Shown: piece after piece, positions 48,156-59,218 of the stretch | Layout: each line of letters starts with the position of its first letter | How positions within the stretch are numbered: position 1 is the stretch's first letter | Origin: Parasitella parasitica NRRL 2501 | Lineage: Eukaryota > Fungi > Mucoromycota | DNA: 64,000 nucleotides | Reading direction: 5' to 3' | Assembly (NCBI GenBank): GCA_025201805.1 | Contig: MU619267.1 | Span: 62,001 to 126,000, forward strand | The notes under the pieces: model-generated | What the model saw: only the letters and a program-made list of their open reading frames with translations | Database searches by the model: none | Told to the model about the DNA's origin: nothing | Translations under genes and position numbers: made by a program

Positions 48156-51100
48156 ATGGACAACAACAAAACCGAGAAACGCATACAGGAACTAGTAGAA
48201 GAATACAAAAAGTCTGGTGACGACTACACAGTCGACAATCCTAGAGCACTCAAAATTCATGTTAAAAGAGATTTGACATCCAACGGAAGAGAGCATCGCA
48301 ACGTCGTGTAAGTGTGTCCAGAACGCCTGTCTTGCTACATTTTTATTCAATCGTTGCCGGAAACAGAGAGAAAGAGCCGCGCCGTATTAGAGAAGATCCC
48401 GTTGCTTTCATGCTCAATCTTGGACTATATTACCAAGGCACTGTAAGTACATGGATACTATTTACGTACATTTATGTGTCATGATTTACTCAATTCCTAT
48501 GTCGTTATGCAGGGCTGGCGAGGATATAACGATTACATTGGAACCAAAATCTTATACCCAAACTGTTCGGCCAAGATTAAGCAAGTAGTGCTAGATAGTA
48601 AAAAAGGTAATTGCAAGATAATACGCACGTGAAAAAGGGAAGGTGTCTGATTTCTATGCATGCACAGTACAAGAGATTATTACTCAACTGGCAGATCGAC
48701 AAACTGAAATCCTAGTTGCCCAAAAGAAATGGAAATCAGACGACAAGAGGATCGAAAAGCAAAGAAGGGCATTGAGAAAAGAGCTTGAAGTTGTCGCTAA
48801 AGCCATTGGGGAAAAGGCCATCGCCACTGTTGACAGCGTCCGAACGTTACGGTATGCGGCAAAAACGGAACAATTGAGCATCTTGTCTAGTACTAATATC
48901 AGTATTTTAGATTCTTTGCCTTTGTTGTAAACAATATTCTTGTACGACTTTACCATCAAGGTGTTCATATCAGAGAGAGCGAATGGGTTGAGGTAATGAC
49001 AGTCTACGCAGTATATCATAGAATAAGCTCACTGTTTTTTTCTCTCTTGCTAGCTGAAAAGAGTTGCTATACTAGCGCAAGAAAAGAAACAATCGCTTAT
49101 ATTTCTGCCATCTCATAAATCTCATATCGATTATTTAGTTGTATCTTACTTGATGTACAGATTAGGTAAGGATTCCAGCTTTTTTTTCTTTTTCTTTTTA
49201 CTCACAGCCAAACAAAGACTAACATTGGTTGTACCAGGAATACAGATCCCTCATATTGTAGCTGGTGATAATCTGGATATGCCTATCGTTGGCAAAATAC
49301 TGAAATCCTGTGGCGCCATTTTCATTCGCCGAGAGTGGGGTAATGATGAACTGTACAAGACAGTGTTGGAGGAATACATGGCTACACTGTTATCTCAAGG
49401 AAGTAATGTATATTTTTGATTGTGCAACTTGGTAATAGGGAGCCCAGTTAACATTCAAGCTGTACAGTGAACTTTGAATGTTTTGTTGAGGGCACTCGCT
49501 CTAGACTTGGCAAACTACTTCAGCCGAAATTAGGTGTGGTCAAGATCATCCTGGACGCATTAATCGATAAGCGCTTTTCAGATTGCCATATTGTGCCCAT
49601 CTCACTTGGTTATGATAAAATCATCGAGACCTCTAGCTATGCAACGGAGCTGCTCGGCACTCCTAAAGAAAAAGAGAGTTTATGGTAAGTTTGCCCTTGG
49701 GATATAAGCTGTACACACATATGCATTTTACAAACTCTCTATCATAGGGGTATCCTTACAAATACTAGATTGCTGCAGTTAAAGTGGGGTCGCGTTGATG
49801 GTTTGTACATGAAAGGAATAGATAAGATGGCTTCTTTTATTTTACTAATGCGATACTGTGTAGTTCGCTTGGGAAAGCCATACTCACTGAAAGATTGGCT
49901 CAAAGATCAAGTCAAAATGAGAGGGTGCGTTTATATTGCATTTGGTTCCTGAATCTGTTTCTAATCTGACACGTGTTTGGACATGTTTATATCTTATAGC
50001 CCAATGGATGTCACTGACCCCACTCAGAAATCGATCTTGTTGAAGTCATTAGGTTACAGGTATGTAGAAATGCGCGAGTACACAAGTATGTACTGTACAG
50101 GAAGCATCAACTAATTCTACCATATGTAATATAGAGTACTTGCTGACATTGTGAGTATATTATGCTATAGTCATATATGTTCTCCCCCTCCCCCTCCCCT
50201 TCTTTTATTTGTTAACGTAACCATCCTTTAGAATGCTATATCTGTAGTTATGCCATCTGCATTGGTAGGTACTGTTATCTTGACATTGAGAGGAAGAGGC
50301 GTTGGCAGAAGCGAATTGATTAGAAGAGTGGATTGGTTAAAAAAAATCATTGAAGATAAAGGCGGGCAAGTGTCTGAATTCCATGGCATGTCCACAGCAG
50401 AGATCGTTGACAAGTAGGTATACTTGTATATAGTCGCGATGCACTAGCTAATGACATGAAAAAAAAAAAGAACCGTGGTCATTCATAAAGATCTTATTGG
50501 GGAAAGAAGAGGAAAGGATATCGTTGAACCAACATTTTACCCCATTGCAGCATTTGAACTCTCTTATTATCGCAATCAAGTCATCCATCTCTTTGTCGAG
50601 GAAGCTATTGTCTGTGCTGCGCTCTATTCTGTAGTCAAAAAAGGTGGCGGAAAGCCCCTTCAACGAATGCAATATGCTCATCTATTGGACGAAATATCAT
50701 TCCTTTCCAGTCTGTTAAAATTGGACATGATCTACAGACCTGGTGGAGTAGAAAGCAACACAAGACGAACTATTCAATGGCTTGCTGATAACAGTGTCAT
50801 TGAACTCGGCGATGATGGTTGGGTGGGCTTATCCGATATGGAAAGAGGCTGTGGCAGAGAAAATTACGGTAACGAGGAGTATGTTTTTATGTAGCTTGTA
50901 ATTGGTACTAATCCACATATATGCATATACACGCCATGGCAGATTTCCTTTGCTTCATGATCTGGCCATTTATTGAATCTTATTGGTTAGCCGCGGTCAG
51001 TTTATTCACACTGGCGCCTCCTAGTGTTGTGGCGGGACAAGACCCTATTTGGGTGGACAGCAAGCTGTTTGCTAATCGAACTCAATCACTGGGCAAAACG

Positions 51101-51493
51101 CTTTATTATCAAGGTGATCTCAGTTATCTAGAAGCTGTGAATAAGGAAACACTGAGCAATGCATTTGTTCGGTATGAGGAGCAAAACATTTTGCTTAAAA
51201 GACGCCATTCCAGTCCTAAACCATGGTCTGAAGTTGCTGTCAGCCCTGCTTATACCCCTGAACGTCAAAATGGGATACTGATGCCTCGAGGTCATCTTTG
51301 GGAGTTGGTTGATCATATTGGTAGATTTCGTCGTGAGGGTAAAAATAGAAGAGATAATGCTACAGTGAGCACTCGAGTACTTCGAATGGCTGATATCCTT
51401 GGAGAGGACAATGCCATTCCTACAGCTAATCAAAAGGCTGCTGCCAAGAAGAATCCAGTGGCTGACAGTACTGCTAACAAGGCCAAAATCTAA
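48156..51493 (+). CDS. Glycerol-3-phosphate / dihydroxyacetone-phosphate acyltransferase (GPAT/DHAPAT family), many exons
   Basis: PSHKSHIDY (HxxxxD); PHIVAGDNL; GAIFIRR; FVEGTRSRLGK; IVPISLGYDKIIE; LSYYRNQVIHLF; ends AKI. Confidence 0.92.
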
Positions 51494-52256
51494 ATAATAA
51501 AACTGCCCGATAAAGTTTTGGATAATTTTTGCAAGTGATACAATCGAAATGTCTCTGATTCATGTAAAGTACGACACCAGGGTCCAAGCCAAAGATATAG
51601 TCTTTTTTGAATTGATAAATAGAGACTTAGAATACAAGACATTGTCATGTACAAAACAATAGATCGGCAGTAATTGTATTCAGCAAATCGAGAATAAAGC
51701 GATTTTTGTAGAGACTCAACCAGATGTATCGCATCGCATAAATATAGACGCAAATGCAAAGCTGCACATTTCACATACCGAGTGTACCATGTAGCAAAAT
51801 GTTCACAAGCTAAAATGTGGCATATTGAAGCAGCTGATTGATATATTCCGCTGTATAAAAGACACTTTTCTTTCTTTGTTGTACTACTGCTTTTTGTTAT
51901 GTTCTCAATGCAATCAAACTCAAGCTAATTAGAAAGCCATGGTCTACATTTGGTTTGTCAGTGTAGCACCATTAATAATGATGTAAGTTTTCTACAAATG
52001 CTTTTTTTGGGAGTTTACTCCTTAAAATAAGGACAACATGGGCTTTTGTGAATACTATATGTATACACTGAAAAGGGTTGGACATACCATGGCAACCATG
52101 ATGTTGGCAATCTTCATTGGGAGTATCAAGATGGTATTGCAAAAGATATTATCTAAATAGGATTTCCAAAAAAAAAAAAAAAAAAAAAATAAGAGTAAAT
52201 TTTTCTCTCATCTCTTTCTTCTTTCCTATCAATTTCCCAAGTATTTTACCACCAAG

Positions 52257-53966
52257 ATGACGAATGTTTATCAAGCTGCCGTCTCGCCTGCTTCAACTGA
52301 AGAGATATTATTCAACTACCTTCGACCACAATTAGAAAGACGCCATCAGCCAGAAGACGAATTGTATTTACCCAGCAACAATGCTTCATTAATTGAATCA
52401 AGAGACCACCAGTTCTTTTCAACGCCTGCGATAAATGATACATTTGCAATCCTCGACGAGGACGAACAGATGCAGCTGTTTCAAGATGCAAGCATCACAC
52501 TAGAGTTAACAAGCTTTTCTGATCTTCAAGTGGCTCTGAAAGACATTGGAGAACTTGAACCTGCAGCAGGCAAAAGATCGAGAGCAACAAGCTTTCGGCA
52601 GCAGCAGAAAATCACTGAAGAAGATCTACTATATTTGCCAGGCGCAGATTTCGAGGTACCACCATCTATACGCCTCAACATCGAAAGCTCACAGATACTC
52701 GACATGCTCATGGCTCGAGCTGTGCAGCATTGGTGTTGTATAGGTTTTAAAGTGGCTCCTATCAGTGTAGATCTCATCAAAAATTGGCATTCGGCACCCG
52801 AGCCTATTGTGTACTGTATAGCATCAATCAGTCTGGTAACATTTATGGACCAGCAGGTGCAGAACAACAGCTTGTACTTTAAGCAGGCTGCCATGGTGTT
52901 TTACGAACAAGCAAGGAACAAATTGGACGACATTCTGCTCGATGATATGCAGCCGCTCATCATCCAGTCTTATTTCTGCCTCAGCTATACGTCAAACCTA
53001 CTGCGGCTGTACGAGCAACAGCGTACGTGGGGTGGCCTAGCGTCTATATCTCTGCAGCATCTGGCAGAAAAGCAGTTATCAGCGTCCAAACCAGTGGAGA
53101 ACGCAACATTGGGATGCTGGTTTCGATGGTACTATGTGGATGCTTGGATGTGCCTCAGCTTGAACAGAGAATGTCTACTGCCTGATACAGTCGCCTGGGT
53201 TAACATGGAAGAGATAGGAAGACTGTCGCTTGCAAATCTCAAATCCGATCAGCACAACCTGTACAGTTTTGCGTACCTGACATGGTATATGCGACGCTAT
53301 ATCCAAGCCTTGCATTCTGGCCGAATTTTCAAGGACCAGAAGCAGAAATCCCCATCTAACCACTACTACACAATCACCAAGGAGCTGACAAGCTGGTATG
53401 CCCGCTTGCCCAAATATAACAATATATCAGAGCTGCATTTACAACTGTGCTACAACTCGATGCGCCTGGTTGTCCTATACCAATTCCTCAACCCACAACT
53501 ACCGCCACCGCACGATATTATCATCGATTGCCTCGAGACAAACCTGGAGCTGTTGCAAGCATTGCAACACCTCAAAACAGTAGGCTGTGACCAGAGCACA
53601 TACCATCACATGTTTTTTGCCATCCACAACACCGCCAAAAGGATTCTGCAGTATGGAATTCGACAGTTTCAGCCGTATGCAGAAGAGCAGCTCAAAATCA
53701 ATCTCCTGTTGCTCAAAAGCACGCAGGCGTATGCACATGATGTATTTAAAATGAAAATTTATGCACAAAAAATCCAAGATCAGTTTACGAGGATGAACAT
53801 TTCGATACCCATGTCAAATCCGTCAGTTGGAAGCATTACTGTGTTCAAGCAAACGCATGGTAACGATACGCAAAAGCCTCTCAAATTGCCACAGCAATCG
53901 CTGCAGACAGTATTCAAGTTTGAGCAGCAGGGCAGAAAAATGCTTAAAAAGAAAAAATCGAAATGA
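52257..53966 (+). CDS. Fungal transcription-factor middle-homology-region-like protein, intronless, no Zn2Cys6 cluster visible
   Basis: 569-aa ORF; IVYCIASISL...AMVFYEQARNKL...IIQSYFCLS...WYYVDAWMCLSLNR resembles the Fungal_trans/MHR helical pattern; C-terminal KKKKSK NLS-like. Confidence 0.7.
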   Translation: MTNVYQAAVSPASTEEILFNYLRPQLERRHQPEDELYLPSNNASLIESRDHQFFSTPAINDTFAILDEDEQMQLFQDASITLELTSFSDLQVALKDIGELEPAAGKRSRATSFRQQQKITEEDLLYLPGADFEVPPSIRLNIESSQILDMLMARAVQHWCCIGFKVAPISVDLIKNWHSAPEPIVYCIASISLVTFMDQQVQNNSLYFKQAAMVFYEQARNKLDDILLDDMQPLIIQSYFCLSYTSNLLRLYEQQRTWGGLASISLQHLAEKQLSASKPVENATLGCWFRWYYVDAWMCLSLNRECLLPDTVAWVNMEEIGRLSLANLKSDQHNLYSFAYLTWYMRRYIQALHSGRIFKDQKQKSPSNHYYTITKELTSWYARLPKYNNISELHLQLCYNSMRLVVLYQFLNPQLPPPHDIIIDCLETNLELLQALQHLKTVGCDQSTYHHMFFAIHNTAKRILQYGIRQFQPYAEEQLKINLLLLKSTQAYAHDVFKMKIYAQKIQDQFTRMNISIPMSNPSVGSITVFKQTHGNDTQKPLKLPQQSLQTVFKFEQQGRKMLKKKKSK

Positions 53967-54265
53967 TAATAAAGAAAAGAGGAATTTAACTTTTTTTATT
54001 TTTTTTGAGGAATGTTACTATAGTCCATAATATGATAATTGTGTGTGTTTGTGTGTGTGTGCGATGTATTATATATATATAAAACGAAAGTATACTATAT
54101 TAAAAAGAATGTGTATTTTTGTGTGCGACTGAATATGGGTGTCAATATATAAAGAGAGTAATGTGGGGGAGTAAGGGGAGGGGGGGGGGGGTTAGTTGGT
54201 TGGTTGGATATTTACATGAAATGAATGTCAAGGAGTCCATTCTTTTAAGGAGTGTGTGCTTGTCT

Positions 54266-55516
54266 TTACATAATGCAACGTAGTGTCACCTTTTCAAGCC
54301 TATTCCACTTAGTGTGCATGATTTGTACAAGGTCTTGCTCTTTGTTAATCAGCACGGCAGGAAGTACCATTTCGTTCTTTGCAGTGGCGATGCTACAACA
54401 GCTGCTGCTATTGTCGTTGAATAGCAGGACAACCTCATCTTCAACGCGGACATTGCTGCCCATGCTTGGGTCGGAAAATTTTTGTGCTATGCGAGAACGC
54501 AGCTCATGGAGCGAAATCGATCGAGGCACTTGAACGACAATGATGTTATCGATATCATAAATGACCTTGATCTTGATTGTAGGCTTCATGGGGAAACTTG
54601 TGCTCTCGGTGGGACTAGGCATGATTGTCGTAGCGCATGTACTGGTACTAAGATGACTTGATGCAATGCTGCCAGACCGGCTACTATTGGTAGACTCTGA
54701 TAACGGTTCTTCTCTATTAATGCAAAGCGATGATTTACTCTTTTTCAGCTGCTCTCCTTTAAAAGGATTGGTGTTACGCTGCTGTAATGATCTGAATGTA
54801 GCAGTTGCATTCTTTGCTGCCGTGTTTGTATTTGCAGGTGTTGACATGGAAGGTTGTGGCTGCTGGTTGACATTGTTGCTACGATACCAAATCTTGTTTG
54901 CTGCCTGACTGCATAGTGATGATAGACCGCTGCCACCGCTGATACTTGTGCTGCTGCTGCTAGTGCTAGTGCTGACAATGGGAGGCGCTCGGCCAAGAAA
55001 CGAAGTGCATCTCAGCCTCTTCCATCTGCTGGACGATGATGATGCAGCGGACGGTGACAGTTCCGGAATGCAGTTCTCCTCCTCATCTTCTAGTATAAAA
55101 TCAGACTTTTGAATGCCAAAGAACTCCAGCACGAGAAATGAGTCTGTGATCATGGATGGCTTGTAAAAAAGCTTGCTCAAGAACTGGTCCAATTCCTCTG
55201 CGCGTTGGGCGTGCAATTGCTTGCTGGCGGGCAAGAGAGTCAATCGGCTTTTAATCTTGGGTGGCAAACGTGAGCCAGCCTTTTTGGTGGTGTTGAATCG
55301 CTCGTGCAATTTTTGCGATAATTGACAGAATTCTTCGTATCTTCTGGCAACCAAGAATGGTCTCTTTTTGTGCGGCTCAACTTTAATTGTGTACCAGATT
55401 TTTTGATCGCTTCGCTTTTCGAATGAGACGACAGACGCTGAATCAATGGCATATCCCAGTTTTGATGTGGTGTTCAAACTGAAGGATGGTTTCATCATTA
55501 GCGATGCTGAAGGCAT
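54266..55516 (-). CDS. PX domain protein with a C-terminal PB1-like domain, intronless
   Basis: WYTIKVE...VARRYEEFCQLSQKLHERF...LPPK...QRAEELDQFLSKL...VLEFF (PX); IKIKVIYDIDNIIVVQVPRSISLHELRSRIAQKF...LINKEQDL (PB1-like). Confidence 0.8.
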   Translation of the reverse strand: MPSASLMMKPSFSLNTTSKLGYAIDSASVVSFEKRSDQKIWYTIKVEPHKKRPFLVARRYEEFCQLSQKLHERFNTTKKAGSRLPPKIKSRLTLLPASKQLHAQRAEELDQFLSKLFYKPSMITDSFLVLEFFGIQKSDFILEDEEENCIPELSPSAASSSSSRWKRLRCTSFLGRAPPIVSTSTSSSSTSISGGSGLSSLCSQAANKIWYRSNNVNQQPQPSMSTPANTNTAAKNATATFRSLQQRNTNPFKGEQLKKSKSSLCINREEPLSESTNSSRSGSIASSHLSTSTCATTIMPSPTESTSFPMKPTIKIKVIYDIDNIIVVQVPRSISLHELRSRIAQKFSDPSMGSNVRVEDEVVLLFNDNSSSCCSIATAKNEMVLPAVLINKEQDLVQIMHTKWNRLEKVTLRCIM

Positions 55517-56569
55517 TTTGAATTGGAGTATTACAAAAAGAGAAGGAAAGACGCAAACAAAAACAGATCATCAACTTATATACAAAATGGATGCCTAGGT
55601 ATGAAATGTTTAAGGAGCATTTCACGGCATTACTATAAAGTTGCCTCTGACCCCCTGGATGTTTCTTTTTTTTTTGTGTGTGCATATATCCTATACGCAC
55701 ATTTAGAATACTAATTACACAGACTCTAATTTTTCTTATTCAGCAGTGTCAGATAGAATTACACATTCAAGGAGGTTTCAATATCTGAACTGAGGTGAAG
55801 TATGTTTTCAAGAATGGCGTGAATTGATCTCATATAGGAAATAGACAAGTCTGGACTCCCCTTTCTCTTGTCTAATGTGGTCAATCTCCGCGAAATAGCT
55901 TTTTCATCATTTACTGGTGAAATATCCAGATTTGATTGTTATGATCTTTTTGTATTGTTGCACCAATTGTGCATAGTTTAAATCTTATACAACTTTGATG
56001 TATACAGCATGGATTTCTCTCCTCCTCTCCTTTTTTTTTTTTTTTNNNNNNNNNNNNNNNNNNNNNNNNNNNNNNAAAAAAAGAAATCCTGTCGCTATTC
56101 ATTATTCTTTTGACATTTTGAAATGAACCAACCATGAGTTAAATGCAGCGATTGCATTAGGATGCCAATCAATTTTGCAGTGCAATTCTCAACTAGGTTC
56201 ATCTGAAAAATGGTCATTATTCTCCTCCTTTATCTGCAGAAACCTACGTGTCATACATAAAATGTAACCTCCAGTAATTAAAGACAATAATTCAGCGAGT
56301 TTTTAATATTTTTTAGACAAAAAAAAATACAAACATCAAATAAACATGCAATATTGACATGTTAAAGCACTCAAACATAATGGTTTGCTTTAGAATACCC
56401 TGAAAAAATACTGCAAAATTCATAACCTAAAAAAAAATTAGAATCGATCATTTTATTTTTAGCAAAGGGGGGGTCACAGTCTTCCGTTGCCGAAATTATA
56501 TTTTTTTGTGTTGATTCCTGGTACCCACAGTTATACGTGCTTGATAAAACTTATGTTTTACGGAATACA

Positions 56570-58583
56570 ATGCTATCAGTAGACGATAGAGAACCCATCC
56601 CATTTGTGGATTACTACTGTGCATGCTCTGTCAGAAAAGAGCACACCTCTTTGAATACAGATACACCAGAAAACGCATCTACTGCGACAAACGCCACCAC
56701 CGCAACGAATAATCCCAGTACATCCACTTCCACAGCGACAACGACAGCAACTGTTGAAAATGCTGCCTCTGCTACTGGGCGCCACTTGTTATCAAAACAA
56801 GCTTCAAATTACTTATACCCGCTTTCACGCCTTTATTTTTGTGAAGATTGCCACCAAATAAGATGTCCATCTTGTGTGCAAGATGAAATCGTTTCTTACT
56901 ATTGTCCAAACTGTCTTTTCGAGGTTAGGGAAATCGATACATTTTCAGTTAAATCAGGTCTTTGATCGTGTTGTATTAGGTTCCTACAGCTAGTGTGAAG
57001 AGCGAAAAGAATAGGTGCGCTAGAAATTGCTTCCAATGTCCAATTTGTCAAAATACTTTATCGGTTGTTGCGGCTCAGGAACCGACACAAATATCAGCTT
57101 CAGGGCCTGCTCCTGGTCCCTACTTTCTGGCTTGTAACGTATGTCGCTGGAATTCGCAGGAAATTAACATGACGTTTGAAAAACCAACAAGCTTAGCATG
57201 TAAGAAGAACGTCTAGTTTTCCATTAAAAAAAAACTAACCACGTCGATGGTTTAGTGCAACTGCAAAAAAACGAAGAAGCACTGCCTGATGCCAAAGAAT
57301 TCGATCAGTTAAAGGAGCATTTTGAAAAGCATCTGCGAGTCAATTCGCCACCATCATTGCCTACAAGCTTTTTGTCTTTTTCCAGTTCAACAACCTTTAG
57401 TAAATACATGGGAAGCCAATTCCAGCACGACTCACAGATGCAGCAAGGAAAATTGGATGATATCAGTAGTTATGAACCAAGCGTGCAGATACCAGACGAC
57501 GATGTTAAATTATTGGAATCAATGACAACCCTAAGAAGCGTTGATGGAGGTAATATGTAGACTATACACATTCGGAGCACTAGAGTATACTAAACGATAT
57601 TTACAGTATCGACTTTGTCTCAGCGTCTATCTCAGTTGTATGATCAGCCTTATGAATTATCGTGAGTGACGAATACCGGTTTGGGAAATGTTATTCACTC
57701 CTCTCTTCTACCTCCCTATTTCATGCACAGTAAGATACATCCTCAGCGTATCCATTTAGCCATCAAAAGATCAAAGCGCTGTCGCAACTGTCGACATATT
57801 TTGATTAAGCCCGAGCAAAAGGCTCAAGCCACTCGATTCAAGATCAAATTGGTTGCCATGTAAGGCCTATCCGTTATTTTCTGAGGGAATGCAACTAATC
57901 AATCGTTTTCCCATACAGGAATTACATACCCACGATTACATTGCTAAAGCTGCCAAGAAAGAATTGGCCACTTCAAATCGGAGTGCCCACTCAACTTGTA
58001 CTCAAGTTTACGAATCCATTGTACGAGGAGATGAACATCACCTTGGCAACGCCTCAGATCAGAAAGAAACCTTCAGACGATGAGGGAACTGAGCATAAGA
58101 TCAGCGGCAAAGTTACCATTCTGTCACCTCATTTCACCGTAGGCGCTTACAACGAGACAATTGAGTACGACGATGAAATGTATCCAACCGGAAATAGACG
58201 AAACAATACAAATTTTGCTGCGACTTCCTATGCAGATGGAGTATATGAAAAAAGGAACAACTATACCAGTATTCTAGTAGAGGTTATACCTGATAAAGCA
58301 GGCGAATTCAAGGTAAAGAAAGTGCTTGTGCGTGTGTATGTGTGTGTGTGTGTGTGCTTGTTCTGAGAATGCTGCATAGTTTCCTTTGCTTGTAACGTAT
58401 AATTACAAGTCGGATGAGGATCGAATGGATGTTTCATCGGGAGACATAGATGCTGACGATATGGACGATATGGATGTAGACGACAGCATGGATGGATCAA
58501 AGAAATCATCGCTTCGATACGATGATGACAAGATTAAAAGCTATTCTTTCTGGTGTCTTATTGGACTTGGATCAGCAGTATAG
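56570..58583 (+). CDS. DCTN4: Dynactin subunit p62, multi-exon
   Basis: PLSRLYFCEDCHQIRCPSCVQDEIVSYYCPNCLFEV; NRCARNCFQCPIC; YFLACNVCRWNS; KRSKRCRNCRHILIKPE; LKFTNPLY. Confidence 0.93.
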
Positions 58584-58632
58584 TCAAGACATTTTCGCAT
58601 TTAGGTATATTACGCATATATTTATTCGCTGT

Positions 58633-59015
58633 TCATCCAAGTAAAAGTTCGTAAATAATAACTATGATATTCATACCAATTAAAGGAACTAAACAATAAT
58701 AATAATAATAATAAAAATATTATATTAGCAAGTGCATCTTAATCAAAAGGCCTTTAAACCTCTTACTTCTCATTAGTGTTCTCACTGCAGACATCAAATT
58801 GATCATTTTATATTTGATCGATTGTCCTTGCTCATTGCCGAAACCAGCATCAGGCTGCACTGTCCATCCAACTAAACCATGGTGATCAGCTTTTACGTGT
58901 TTAAAACATTGACTGACTTACTTCTGGCTAGAAATCTTTCCTCGCTCAAAACTGCTATAGCATTGACAAAGCACAGTAATACATAGAACAGCTGCCCAAG
59001 TCCAAGAGTCAACAT
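58633..59015 (-). CDS. YOS1: Yos1/IER3IP1 ER-Golgi transport protein, 3 exons
   Basis: MLTLGLGQLFYVLLCFVNAIAVLSEERFLAR|IGW...SIKYKMINLMSAVRTLMR|.PLIGMNIIVIIYELLLG*. Confidence 0.93.
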
Positions 59016-59218
59016 TGTTTTATAGTTCGTTGTGGGAGAGGAAATAATAAAAAAAAGAGAGACAACTGTATTCGTTTCGCCACGTAGTGATTGAATCACC
59101 GTCTTTGGCAGCAGCAGCAAAAGGAGCAGCAGCACAGGCAAGTCAGTAGTGGTGATCTTTCAGATTCATCGAAAATTTTTTCTTCTTCCGTTCTTTTTCA
59201 TTCAGTTCTCCATATATC

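Noticed and set aside
18261-51493. Pyrimidine cluster (UK-like and URA5) or lipid cluster (NVJ2, PIS1, GPAT)
   Set aside because: The genes are separated by many unrelated loci and no shared motif was seen.
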